This document shows, piece by piece, positions 13,323 to 26,593 of a stretch of DNA of 64,000 bases. Location: NCBI GenBank assembly GCA_030390025.1, contig CM059431.1:96660001-96724000 (forward strand). The letters are read 5' to 3'. The notes under the pieces were generated by a model. The model was not told where the DNA came from and ran no database searches. It saw only the letters and a program-made list of their open reading frames with translations. Origin of the DNA: Squalus acanthias. Its lineage: Eukaryota. The position numbers and the translations under genes were made by a program. The stretch's first letter is position 1; the number at the start of each line of letters is the position of its first letter.

Positions 13323-14460
13323 ATCAAACTAATATGGCATTCTGAGTGCAGAATTCAATCAACTACTTTGTCTGGTAGTCCAGCTAAAGTTCCTAATCAA
13401 AATCCCAGATAAAATGTGTTCCTGGCAGTTAATATTTGTTGCCTGAATTTATCGCTGTAGCAACACAATATAAATTATAAATTAATTCCAGTCCCTTCCA
13501 GTCCAAAATCTGCAAAAATCTCAAAATGTGACAGTTACCTTTTAAAGAATTTCTTGTTACTTTTTGAATGTTAGCAAAGAGCTGACCTTGAACTTACAGC
13601 AACTTTAAACATGAACAGTTTACACTTGAACTGTGAACCTGCCTTTCCTCTTTACAGATGTCAATTGTCCTGCTGTGCATTTCAGCATTTTCTACATTTA
13701 ATTAAATATAACCGATATGTACACAGACTACATTTCCCAGGCCAATGATGCGGTGCGAGCAGTATAGCTTCCAAGCACTACTTCACATCAAACAGATACC
13801 AGAATAAAATCAGTGTCTGTCTTATAAGCAGCATCCTTACAAAATCGCAATTATTTCAGAAATGTCTCATTATAGAAAAGACCTGCAGCACTTTATACAC
13901 TCTCCATTGCCCCTCAGTGCAATCACTTCCCGTCACTGAAACTATAAAAAGAATAATGGAAAGAAGAATGTGCAAGGATGGAGCATGCTCCAGAGATTTC
14001 AGTTATCATTAATCTAGTTAGAATTTATTTAATCACTTTGCTCTCATCCTCAGTGTGTCAGTGAGTGCAGGAGTCTGATGAAGCTCGACTCCACGCCAAT
14101 ACCAGTTACTGCAGACAAGAAATTCTCAGGCTGTTCCAGTTCACGGAGTTACTGTTTGGCCAGGAGGGCATTTAACCTTAGAGCGATATACTGAGCTATC
14201 ATTAAGTAACAATTATGACATTGTCAACAGAACAGTGACTGCACTCAAAAATAAATTAATTAGCTGTAAATGCTTTGGGATGTTTCATGGCCTTAGAAAA
14301 GGACATCAGCTCCATGCACGAAGTTACAGAAGTGACCTTTAGTTGGGAGATATTCTCCACTGTGCAGGTGTAACCTTTTAGAATTTCAATAAATATACAG
14401 GGAATCTGCAAACTGAAGAATTCCAGTACATGCTGGTAAAATAGTGAATAGACAGAACTC

Positions 14461-16528
14461 CAGCCCCGTCACACAGCACAGGGCCCCGGCACACAGCACA
14501 GGGCCCCGGCACACAGCACAGGGCCCCGGCACACAGCACAGGGCCCTGGCACACAGCACAGGGCCCTGGCACACAGCACAGGACACAGGGCCCCGGCACA
14601 CAGCACAGGGCCCTGGCACACAGCACAGGACACAGGGCCCCGACACACAGCACAGGGCCCCGGCACACAGCACAGGGCCCCGGCACACAGCACAGGGCCC
14701 CGGCACACAGCACAGGACACAGGGCCCCGGCACACAGCACAGGACACAGGGCCCCGACACACAGCACAGGACACAGGGCCCCGACACACAGCACAGGACA
14801 CAGGGCCCCGACACACAGCACAGGGCCCCGGCACACAGCACAGGGCCCCAGCACACAGCACAGGACACAGGGACCCGGCACACAGCACAGGGCCCCGGCA
14901 CACAGCACAGGGCCCTGGCACACAGCACAGGACACAGGGACTCAGCACAGGACATAGGGCCCAGGCACACAGCACAGGACACAGGGCCCCGACACACAGC
15001 ACAGGGACCCGGCACACAGCACAGGGCCCTGGCACACAGCACAGTGCCCCGGCACACAGCACAGGACACAGGGCCCCGGCACACAGCACAGGGCCCCGGC
15101 ACACAGCACAGGACACAGGGCCCCGACACACAGCACAGGGCCCCAGCACACAGCACAGGACACAGGGCCCCGACACACAGCACAGGGCCCCGGCACACAG
15201 CACAGGGCCCCGGCACACAGCACAGGACACAGGGACCCAGCACAGTACATAGGGCCCCGGCACACAGCACAGGACACAGGGCCCCGACACACAGCACAGG
15301 GCCCCGGCACACAGCACAGGGCCCCGGCACACAGCGCAGGACACAGGGCCCCGGCACACAGCACAGGGCCCCGGCACACAGCACAGGGCCCCGGCACACA
15401 GCACAGGACACAGGGACTCAGCACAGGACATAGGGCCCAGGCACACAGCACAGGACACAGGGCCCCGACACACAGCACAGGGACCCGGCACACAGCACAG
15501 GGCCCTGGCACACAGCACAGGGCCCCGGCACACAGCACAGGACACAGGGCCCCGGCACACAGCACAGGACACAGGGCCCCGACACACAGCACAGGGCCCC
15601 AGCACACAGCACAGGACACAGGGCCCCAGCACACAGCACAGGACACAGGGACCCAGCACAGTACATAGGGCCCCGGCACACAGCACAGGACACAGGGCCC
15701 CGACACACAGCACAGGGACCCGACACACAGCACAGGACACAGGGCCCCGACACACAGCACAGGGACCCGGCACACAGCACAGGGCCCTGGCACACAGCAC
15801 AGGGCCCCGGCACACAGCACAGGGCCCCGGCACACAGCACAGGGCACAGGGCCCCGACACACAACACAGGGCCCCGGCACACAGCACAGGACACAGGGCC
15901 CCGGCACACAGCACAGGACACAGGGCCCCGACACACAGCACAGGGCCCCAGCACAGGACACAGGGCCCCGGCACACAGCACAGGGCACAGGGCCCCGACA
16001 CACAACGCAGGGCCCCGGCACACAGCACAGGACCCCGACACACAGCACAGGGCCCCAGCACAGGACACAGGGCCCCGGCACACAGCACAGGACACAGGGC
16101 CCCGACACACAGCACAAGACACAGGGCCCCGACACACAGCACAGGACACAGGGCCCCGACACACAGCACAGGACACAGGGCCCCGACACACAGCACAGGG
16201 CCCCGGGCCCCGGCACACAGCACAGGGCCCCGGCACACAGCACAGGACACAGGGCCCCGGCACACAGCACAGGACACAGGGCCCCGACACACAGCACACG
16301 ACACAGGGCCCCGGCACACAGCACAGGGCCTCGGCACAGAGCACAGGACACAGGGCCCCGACACACAGCACAGGACACAGGGCCCCGGCACACAGCACAG
16401 GACACAGGGCCCCGGCACACAGCACAGGACACAGGGCCCCGACACACAGCACAGGACACAGGGCCCCGGCACACAGCACAGGACACAGGGCCCCGACACA
16501 CAGCACAGGGCCCCAGCACAGGACACAG
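14461..16528. repeat. GC-rich minisatellite of mixed 20-bp and 27-bp units
   Basis: GCACACAGCACAGGGCCCCG and the variant with added GACACAG, about 2.07 kb. Confidence 0.97.
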
Positions 16529-16740
16529 GACCACCCGACATTGACCTAGGCATTGGATTCGGACATGACAAAGGCACACCCAGCCAAGTCGACCCTGCAA
16601 AGTCCTCCTCACTAACATTTGGGGACCCGAGCAAAAATTGAGAGAGTTGTCCTACAGACGAGTCAACCACCAGCCTGACACGGTCATACTCACAGAATCA
16701 TACCTTTCAGATGCCCACATCCTGAGAATGAATAAAAAAA
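16528..16740 (+). mobile_element. Internally deleted derivative of the tRNA-headed LINE
   Basis: Matches the reverse complement of about 58415-58590 (endonuclease start KVLLTNIWG) joined directly to the terminal GATGCCCACATCCTGAGAATGAATAAAAAAA. Confidence 0.8.
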
Positions 16741-17545
16741 TGACACAAAAACACACACACACAGCCCAGGCACACACACAGCCCAGGCACACACACACAC
16801 ACACAGCCCTCATACACTGCAACACCTGTTTACTTTGGTTTGTGTGTGTGACCTGCCCCAGACTAGGTGTGGTGATTTGTGATGTGTGAACCTGATTCTG
16901 TGCCGAGAGGTGGGCAGCTCCTTTGAAGCGACAGGTTCATACCCATCACTCTTCTGCGCCGCAAGCAATTGCAAAATGAAAATGGGTTTGGACGTTAACT
17001 ACATTATGCGAAGCAGAAACACAGGACTGCATTCCTGTGAGAGAGTAACTCTGGGTACTGGTTTAGATCTGGATCTAATGTTACAATCCAGATGCAGTTT
17101 ACAGCCACTCACCCAGAGTGCAGCACCTCTGACTGGCCTGGCTGAACCTAAACAGCACCTTTTATACAAGCACTTCCAACAGTTTAACTTGGAGATGTTT
17201 TAAACATAGGTGTAAGTGGCAGGGTGGAAGGAGGCGATGGAATGGTGGGCTGGGCAGAGAACATTCCACCGTGAGTCAGGCACCATTTGGAGTGGTATCA
17301 GTGCCGGTTGGCACAGTGACACACACCACTCACTGTGAAACCGACCTGGAGGCTTGACTCCTTTACAGCAGCAATATTTGAAATTTATCATATGTCGAAT
17401 CAGGCCTCCAAAACACACTGTAACCATGACGACAATCTTAATTCTTGCATTTTTAAATGAAGTCCATCTTCTGTACTGACTGCAGCAACACAAGCAGAGG
17501 AGGAGAACTGTATGTCCCAACTCAGCTCCTAACCCCAACTACAGT

Positions 17546-20085
17546 ACAGAGGCAGAGAGAGCCAGCAAATGAACGAGCCAGAGAGAGAGAGTGAGCTAGA
17601 GGGAGAGCGAGCCAGGGCGAGAGCGAGAGGGAGAGCGCGAGTGAGCCAGAGCGAGAGCGAGAGGGAGAGCGAGCCAGAGAGAGAGGGAGAGCGAGCCAGA
17701 GAGAGAGGGAGAGCGAGCCAGAGAGCAAGAAAGCCAGAGAGAGAGAGAGAGAGAGAAAGAGCGCGAGCGAGCCCGAGAGAGAGAGAGCGAGCGAGCCAGA
17801 GAGACAGTCCGAGCGAGCCAGAGAGAGAGAGAGAGGGAGCCAGAGAGAGAGAGAGAGGGAGCCAGAGAGAGCGAGCGAGCCAGCGAGAGAGAGAGAGAGA
17901 GAGAGAGCGAGCAAGCCAGAGAGAGAGAGAGAGGGAGCCAGAGAGAGCGATCGAGCCAGCGAGAGAGAGAGAGAGAGAGAGAGCAAGCCAGAGAGAGAGA
18001 AAGAGCCAGAGAGAGAGAGTGAGAGAGAGAGAGAGAGTGCGTGAGTGAGCCAGAGAAAGAGCGAGCGAGCCAGAGGGGGCGGGAGAGAGGGGGCGAGGGA
18101 GGGCGGGCGAGAGAGGGGGAGGGGGAGAGAGGGGGGAGGGAGAGAGGGGAGGAGGGGAGAGAGGGGAGAGGGGAGAGAGGGGGAGATGGGGGAGAGAGGG
18201 GAGAGAGAGGGGAGAGAGGGGAGAGGAGGAGAGGGGGAGAAGAGGGGGAGAGAGGGGGAGCGAGGGGGAGAAGGGGAGAAGGGGGAGAGAGGGGGAGAGG
18301 GGGAGAGGGGGAGAGGGGGGAGAGGGAGGGAGCGGGAGGGGGGAGAGGGGGAGAGAGGGGGAGGGGGAGAGAGGGGAGGAGGGGGAGAGAGGGGGGAGAG
18401 GGGGAGAGAGGGGGGAAGCAGGGGAGGGAGAGAGGGGGAGGGGGAGGGGGAGAGAGGGGGGAGGGGGGAGAGAGGGGGGGAGGGGGGAGAGGGNNNNNNN
18501 NNNNNNNNNNNNNNNNNNNNNNNNNNNNNNNNNNNNNNNNNNNNNNNNNNNNNNNNNNNNNNNNNNNNNNNNNNNNNNNNNNNNNNNNNNNNNNNNNNNN
18601 NNNNNNNNNNNNNNNNNNNNNNNNNNNNNGGGCGAGAGAGAGCGAGGGCGAGAGAGTGCGAGGGCGAGGGCGAGAGAGGGCGAGGGCGAGAGCGAGAGAG
18701 GGCGAGGGCGAGGAGAGGGCGAGGGCGAGGGCGAGGGCGAGAGAGGGCGAGAGAGGGCGAGAGAGAGAGAGGGCGAGGGCGAGAGAGGGCGAGAGAGGGC
18801 GAGAGAGGGCGAGAGAGGGCGAAGGCGAGAGAGGGCGAGGGCGAGAGAGGGCGAGGGCGAGAGAGGGCGAGGGCGAGAGAGGGCGAGGGCGAGAGAGGGC
18901 GAGGGCGAGAGAGGGCGAGCGAGAGAGGGCGAGGGCGAGAGAGGGCGAGGGCGAGGGAGGGCGAGGGGAGAGAGGGCGAGGGCGAGGGCGAGAGAGGGCG
19001 AGAGAGGGCGAGAGAGGGCGAGAGAGGGCGAGAGAGGGCGAGAGAGGGCGAGAGAGGGCGAGGGCGAGAGAGGGCGAGGGCGAGAGAGGGCGAGGGCGAG
19101 AGAGGGCGAGGGCGAGAGAGGGCGAGGGCGAGAGAGGGCGAGGGCGAGAGAGGGCGAGGGCGAGAGAGGGCGAGGGCGAGAGAGGGCGAGGGCGAGAGAG
19201 GGCGAGGGCGAGAGAGGGCGAGGGCGAGAGGGGGCGAGGGCGAGAGAGGGCGAGGGAGGGCGAGGGCGAGGGAGGGCGAGGGCGAGGGAAGGCGAGGGCG
19301 AGGGAGGGCGAGGGCGAGGGAGGGCGAGGGAGGGCGAGGGCGAGGGAGGGCGAGGGAGGGCGAGGGCGGGCGAGCGAGGGCGAGCGAGGGCGAGCGAGGG
19401 CGAGAGCGAGAGAGGGCGAGGGCGAGAGAGGGCGAGGGCGAGAGAGGGCGAGGGCGAGAGAGGGCGAGGGCGAGAGAGGGCGAGGGCGAGAGAGGGCGAG
19501 GGCGAGAGAGGGCGAGAGAGGGCGAGAGAGGGCGAGAGAGGGCGAGGGCGAGAGAGGGCGAGGGCGAGAGAGGGCGAGGGAGGGCGAGAGAGGGCGAGGG
19601 AGGGCGAGAGAGGGCGAGAGAGGGCGAGCGAGAGCGAGGGCGAGAGAGTGCGAGGGCGAGGGCGAGAGAGGGCGAGAGAGGGCGAGGGCGAGAGAGGGCG
19701 AGGGCGAGAGAGGGCGAGGGCGAGAGAGGGCGAGGGCGAGAGAGGGCGAAGGCGAGAGAGGGCGAAGGCGAGAGAGGGCGAAGGCGAGAGAGGGCGAAGG
19801 CGAGGGCGATGAGGGCGAGGGCGAGAGAGGGCGAGAGAGGGCGAGAGAGGGCGAGAGAGGGCGAGAGAGGGCGAGGGCGAGAGAGGGCGAGGGCGAGAGA
19901 GGGCGAGGGCGAGAGAGGGCGAGGGCGAGAGAGGGCGAGGGCGAGAGAGGGCGAGGGCGAGAGAGGGCGAGGGCGAGAGAGGGCGAGGGCGAGAGAGGGC
20001 GAGAGAGGGCAAGGAGGGCGAGGGCGAGGGAGGGAGAGGGCGAGGGAGAGGGCGAGCGAGAGCGGGCGAGGGCGAGAGAGCGAGG

Positions 20086-20134
<49 letters not shown>

Positions 20135-20175
20135 CGAGCGAGCGAGCGAGCCGGAGAGAAATTGAGAGAGAGAAC

Positions 20176-20218
<43 letters not shown>

Positions 20219-20385
20219 AGAGACAGAGCGCGCGAGCGACCCAGAGAGAGAGCGCGCGAGCGAGCCAGAGAGAGAGCGCGCGAGCGACAGGAGAGAGAGG
20301 GGGACAGGTGAGGAGGGCGGCGGGGGCGAGAGCGAGGCGAGAGAGCGAGAGCGGGCGACAGAGAGAGAGAGCGAGGCAGCCAGAG

Positions 20386-20429
<44 letters not shown>

Positions 20430-20882
20430 ACGGGAGAGAGACAGAGCGCTCGAGCAACCCAGAGAGAGAGAGAGGGGGGGCGAGAGAGAGGGCGAGGGCG
20501 AGAGCGGGCGAGGGCGAGAGAGGGCGAGCGAGGGGGAGGGGGAGAGAGGGGTAGGGCGAGAGAGGGCGAGAGAGGGCAAGGGAAAGCGAGGGAGGGCGAG
20601 CGAGGGCGAGGGCGAGCGCGGGCGAGAGCGAGAGAGGGCGAGGGCGAGAGAGGGCGAGGGCGAGAGAGGGCGAGAGAGGGCGAGAGAGGGCGAGGGCAAG
20701 AGAGGGCGAGAGAGGGTGAGGGCGAGAGAGGGCGAGGGCGGGCGAGAGAGGGCGAGGGCAAGAGAGGGCGAGCGAGGGCGAGAGAGGGCGAGGGCGAGAG
20801 GGCACGAGGGCGAGAGGGGGCGAGGGCGAGAGGGGGCGAGGGCGAGAGAGCGAGAGCGCGAGGGCGAGAGAGGGCGAGGCAG

Positions 20883-20930
<48 letters not shown>

Positions 20931-21005
20931 CGAGCGAGCGAGCGAGCGAGCGAGAGAGAGAGAGAGAGAGAGAGTGAGCCGGAGACAGAGAGAGCGAGAG
21001 AGAAC

Positions 21006-21045
<40 letters not shown>

Positions 21046-21242
21046 CAGAGCGCGCGAGCGACCCAGAGAGAGAGCGCGCGAGCGAGCCAGAGTGAGAGAG
21101 AGGGGGCGAGAGAGAGGGGGGTGGGGTGAGAGTGAGGGGGGGGGCGAGAGGGGGGGGGCGAGAGAGAGGGTGGGCGAGAGCGGGCGAGGGCGAGAGAGGG
21201 CGGGCGAGGGCGAGAGAGGGCGAGAGAGGGCGAGAGAGGGCA
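17546..21242. repeat. Polypurine GA/GGGCGA low-complexity array containing an assembly gap
   Basis: (GA)n, GAGGGC and GAGAGAGGGC units; N run 18494-18629. Confidence 0.97.
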
Positions 21243-22541
21243 AGGGTACTATCCCCCTCTCCCTCAAATATGCCGTCATCACCCCTCTCAAAAAAACAAA
21301 CCTTGATCCTTCCATCCTTGCAAACTACCGCCCATCTCCAACTTCCTTGAACGTGTTGTTACCTCCTGAATCCGTGCCCATCCTTCCCACAACTCCATGT
21401 TTGAATCCCTCAATCAGGTTTCCGCCCCTGCCATAGTACCGAAACGGCTCTCATCAAAGTCACAAATGACATCCTTTGTGACTGTGACAAAGGTAAACTA
21501 TCCCTCCTCGTCCTTCTCGACTTGTCTGCAGCCTTTGACACGGTTGACCACTCCATTCTTCTCCAACGCCTCTCCACCGTCATCCAGCTGGGTGGGACTG
21601 CACTCACCTGGTACCATTCTTATCTATCTAATCGTAGCCAGAGAATCACCTGCAACGGCTTCTCTTCCCACTCCCGCATTGTTACATCTCGTGTCCCCCA
21701 AGGATCTATCCTTGGCCCCTTCTTATTTCTCATCTGCATGTTGCCCCTTGGCGACATCATCCGAAAACACAGCGTCAGTTTCCACATGTACACTGACACC
21801 CAGCTCTACCTCACTAATTCTTCTCTCGACCCCTCCATGGTGTCTAAATTGTCAGACTGCTTATCCGACATACAGTTCTCGATGAGCAAAAATTTTCTCC
21901 AATTAAATATTGGGAAAACTGAAGCCATTGTTTTCGGTCCCCGTCACAAACTCCGTTCCCTAGCCATTGACTCCATCCCTCTCCTTAACATCTGTTTGAG
22001 GCTGAACCACACTGTTCGCAACCTTGGTGTCATATTTGACCCTGAAATGAGCTTCCGACCACATATCCGCAGCATAACAAAGACCGCCTACTTCCACCTC
22101 TGTAACATCACCCGTCTCCGCCCCTGCATCAGCTCATCCACTGCTGAAACCCACATCCATGCCTTTGTTACCTTTAGACTTGACTATTCCAATGCACTTC
22201 TGGCTGGCCTCCCACATTCTACCCTACGTAAACTTGAGGTCATCCAAAACTCGGCTGCCCGTGTCCTAATTCGCACCAAGTCCCGTTCGCCCATCACCCC
22301 TGTGCTCGCTGACCTACATTGGCTCCCAGTCTGACAACGCCTCGATTTCAAAAACTCTCATCCTTGTTTTCAAATCCATCCATGGCTTCGCCCCTTCCTA
22401 TCTCTGTAATCTCTTCAGCCCCACAACCCCACAACCCCACGATATCTGCGCTCCTCTAATTTGCCCTCGAGGATCCCTGATTATAATTGCTCAACTTTTG
22501 GTGGCCGTGCCTTCTGTTGCCTAGGCCCCAAGCTCTGGAAT
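21243..22541 (+). mobile_element. L2 LINE fragment (RT and C-terminus), interrupted by a CR1
   Basis: ORF 21522-22334 SAAFDTVDH, VPQGSILGP, NFLQLNIGKTE, HAFVTFRLDYSN, HWLPV. Confidence 0.92.
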
Positions 22542-25500
22542 TAGAAAATCATAGAAGATAGGAGCAGGAGTAGGCCATTCGGCCCCTCGAGCCTGCTCCG
22601 CCATTCGATGAGATCATGGCTGATCATCCAAACTCAGTACCCTGTACCTGCCTTCTCCCCATATCCCTTGATACCTTTAGCTTTAAGAAATATATCTAAC
22701 TCATTCTTGAATATATTTAATGACTTGGCCTCAACTACCTTCTGTGGTAGAGAATTCCACCGGTTCACCACTCTCTGGGTGAAGAAATTCTTCCTCATTT
22801 CTGTCCTAAATGGCTTACCCGTTATCCTTAGATTATGACCCCTGGTTCTGGACTCTCCGACCATCGGGAACAGTCTTCTTGCATCTAGTTTGTCCAGACC
22901 TGTCAGAATTTTATATGTTTCGATGAGATCCCCTCTCATTCTTCTATACTCCAGCGAGTATAAGCCCAATCGACCCAATCTCTCCTCATATATGTCATTC
23001 CTGCCATCCCAGGTATCAGCCTTGTGAATCTTCGCTGAACTCCTTCCATGGCAAGAACATCCTTCCTCAGATAAGGCGACCAAAACTGCACACAGTACTC
23101 AAGGTGTGGTCTCACCAAGGCCCTGTACAACTGCAGCAGGACATCCCTGTTCCTATACTCAAACCCTTTCGCTATGAAGGCCAACATACCATTTGCCTTC
23201 TTCACCGCCTGCTGCACCTGCATGCTTACCTTCAGCGACTGGTGCACAAGGACACCCAGGTCTCGTTGCACTTCCCCTTCTCCCAATCTATTGCCATTCA
23301 GATAATAGTCTGCCTTTCTGTTTTTGACACCAAAGTGGGTAACCTCGCATTTATCCACGTTATATTGCATCTGCCACGCTTCTGCCCACTCACCCAACCT
23401 GTCCAAATCATCCTGGAGTTTCTCGGTATCCTCCTCGCAGCACACATGCCCACCCAGCTTTGTGTCATCTGCAAACTTGGAGATATTACATTTAGTTCCT
23501 TTATCTAGATCATTAATGTATATTGTGAATAGCTGGGGTCCAAGGACCGAACCCTGCGGTACCCCACTAGTCACTGCCTGCCACTCGGAAAAAGACCCAT
23601 TAATTCCTACTCTCTGCTTTCTGTCCGCCAACCAGTTCTCTATCCAAGTCAATACCTTGCCCCCAATCCCATGTGCCTTAACTTTACACGCTAATCTCTT
23701 ATGCGGGACCTTATCGAAAGCCTTTTGAAAGTCCAAATACACCACATCTACTGGTTCTCCCTTGTCTATTTTCCCAGTTACATCCTCAAAAAATTCCAGT
23801 AGATTAGTCAAGCACGATTTACCTTTTGTAAATCCATGCTGACTTTGTCCGATCCTGTCACTGTTTTTCAAGTGCTCAGCTATTACATCCTTTATAATGG
23901 ACTCTAGCATTTTCCCCACTACCGCTGTCAGGCTTCCCAGTCTATAATTCCCGCTTTCTCTCGACCACCCTTTTTGAATAGTGGGGTAACATTAGCTACC
24001 CTCCAATCCATGGGTACAGTTCCAGATTCCATTGAATGTTGGAAGATGATCAGCAATGCATCTACTATTTCTAGGGCCACTTCCTTAAGTACCCTAGGAT
24101 GCAGATTATCAGGCCCTGGGGATTTATCGGCCTTCAATCCCGTCAATTTCCCTAACACCATTTCCCTGCAAATACTGATTTCTTTCAGTTCCTCCCTTTC
24201 ATCAGACCCTATGTTCTCCAACATCTCTGGGAGGTTATTTGTGTCCTCCTTTGTGAAGACAGAACCAAAAAGTGCATTTAATTGGTCTGCCATTTCTTTG
24301 TTCCCCATTATAACTTCCCCCGCTTCTGACTGCAAGGGACCTACACTTGATTTCACTAATCTTTTTCACTTCACATATCTATAAAAGCTCTTACAGTCAG
24401 TTTTATGTTCCCAGCAAGCTTACTTTCATATTCTATTTTCCCCTTCTTAATTAATCCCTTTGTCCTCCTTTGTTGAATCCTAAACTGCTCCCAATCCTCA
24501 GGGTTACCGCTTTTCTGGCCAATTTATATGCCCTCTCCTTGGATCTTATGCTATCCCTAATTTCCCTTGTTAGCCACGGTTGAGTCACCCTTTTTGTTTT
24601 ATTCTACTGTGATGAACAAATTCTGTAGTTCATCCATGCAGTCTTTGAATGTTTGCCATTGCCTATCCACCATCAACCCCTTGAGTGACATTCCCCAATC
24701 AATCCTACCCAATTCACGCCTCATACCATCGTAGTTTCCTTTATTTAAATTCAGGACCCTAGTCTCTGATTCAACTACTTCACTCTCCATCCTAATGAAG
24801 AATTCTATCATATTATGATCACTCTGACCCAAGGGGCCTCATACAACAAGATTGCTAATTAATCCTTTCTTGTTACATAATACCCAGTCTAAGATGGCCT
24901 GATCTCTGGTTGGTTCCTCGACATATTGTTCCAGAAAACCATTCCGTAAACATTCTAGGAATTCCTCCTCCACAGTATTTTTACTAATTTGGTTAGCCCA
25001 ATCTATATGTAAATTAAAGTCACCCATGATGACTGCTGTGCCCTTACTGCATGCTTCTCTAATTTCCCTTTTAATGCCATCCCCAACCTCCGTATTACTG
25101 TTTGGAGGTCTATATACCACTCCCACTAACATTTTCTGCCCCTTGTTATTTCTCAGTTCTACCCATACAGATTCCGCATCATCAGAGCTACTATCCTTCC
25201 TTTCAATTGTGTTAATCCCCTCTTTAACCAGCAATGCTACCCCACCTCCCTTTCTTTTTTGCCTATCTTTCCTAAATATTGAATACCCCTGGATGTTGAG
25301 TTCCCAGCCTTGGCCACCCTGGAGCCATGTTTCTGTAATCCCAATCAAATCGTATTCATTTACCTCTATTTGCGCAGCTAATTCATCCACCTTGTTCCGA
25401 ATGCTCCTTGCATTAAGACACAAAGCCTTCAGGCTTGTTTATTTAATGCTCTCAGACCTATATGAATTATTATTTACTGTGACCATGTTTGATTTAAACC

Positions 25501-25590
25501 GTTGAGTTCTTTGCCTTCTACTTTTGTTTTTCTCCTTCCTGTCTTTTGCTTTTATCCTTGTTTCCCTTTCCTTTGTCTCCCTGCTCAGGT
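22542..25590 (-). mobile_element. CR1 LINE (EN+RT, disrupted) inserted in the L2
   Basis: Minus ORFs 22634-25423: CLNARSIRNK, ITETW, GDFN, FADDTK. Confidence 0.95.
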
Positions 25591-25808
25591 TCCCAACCCC
25601 GTCCCTAAATTTGTCCGCCTCGCTACCTCTCTTTCCTCCTTTAAGACGCTCCTTAAAACCTACCTCTTTGACCAAGATTTTGGTCACCTGCCCTAATTTA
25701 TCCTTATGTGGATCGGTGTCAAATTTTTGTTTCTTAAAATACTCCTGTGTAGCGCCTTGGGACGTTTTACTATGTTAAAGGTGCTACATTAATACAAGTT
25801 GTTGTTGT
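25591..25808 (+). mobile_element. L2 3' end, continuation of 21243-22541
   Basis: FKTLLKTYLF C-terminus, then GCGCCTTGGGACGTTTTAC...AAGTTGTTGTTGT tail. Confidence 0.85.
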
Positions 25809-26098
25809 AGAAGTGAAAAAGGTAGAAGCAATGGAAGGGGTGAAAACTGATAGACAAGGTGCACTAGAAAGGCTGGGTATGCCTAGAGTGGATAAATCAC
25901 CTGGTCCAGATGGCTTGCATCCCAGGTTGCTAAGGGAATTCGGGGAGAAGATAGCGGAAGCGCTTGCCATAATTTTCCAATCTTCCCTAGATGAGGGGGA
26001 GGTGCCTGAGGATTGGAAAGTGGCAAATGTGACACCATTGTCAAGAAAGGGTGCAAGGACAATCCTAGTAACTGCAAGCCAGTCAGATTAACATCAGT

Positions 26099-26255
26099 AC
26101 GATAGCAAAATACTGCGGATGCTGGAAATCTGAAATAACAACAGAAAACGCTGGAAAAACTCAGCAGGCCAGGCAGCATCCGTGGAGAGAGAAAGAGAGT
26201 TAACGTTTCAGGTCGATGACCTTTCGTCAGAACTGTGAAGAGCCGGAAATCAAAT
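26099..26255 (-). mobile_element. Penelope family A mini-insertion (hammerhead + tail only)
   Basis: 14-bp TSD AGATTAACATCAGT at 26085-26098 and 26256-26269; homologous to 4931-5040. Confidence 0.9.
26198..26234 (-). ncRNA. Minimal hammerhead ribozyme motif, intact core
   Basis: Minus strand AGTT-CTGACGA-A-AGGTCatcGACCT-GAAA-CGTT-AACT; palindrome AACGTT. Confidence 0.85.
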
Positions 26256-26593
26256 AGATTAACATCAGTGCTGGGTAAAGATTTAGAAAAAATAATCAAG
26301 GAAAAAATTAACAGGCACTTGGAGAGGTTTAAGCTAATTAAGGAGAGGCAACACGGATTTGCAAAAGGCAGATCGTGTTTGACTAATCCAATTGAATTTT
26401 TTGACAAAGTAACAGGGAGGATTGATGAAGGGAATGCAATGGATGTTGTCTACATGGATTTTAGGAAGGTGTTTGACAAAGTACCACATAGAAGGCTGGT
26501 TAACAAAACTGAGGCTCATGGAATAGGTGGGTCAGTGGCAGCTTGGATAAGGAATTGGCTTAAGAATAGAAAACAGCGAGTTGTGGTAAATGA

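Noticed and set aside
14378..16670. Long Cys-rich ORFs (up to 733 aa) resembling keratin-associated proteins
   Set aside because: Open in several frames on both strands because the minisatellite lacks stops; the 20-bp units are not codon-phased
17522..21315. ORFs of 700-1239 aa rich in Arg/Glu/Gly or Ser/Pro/Leu
   Set aside because: Translation of low-complexity GA repeats across an N gap
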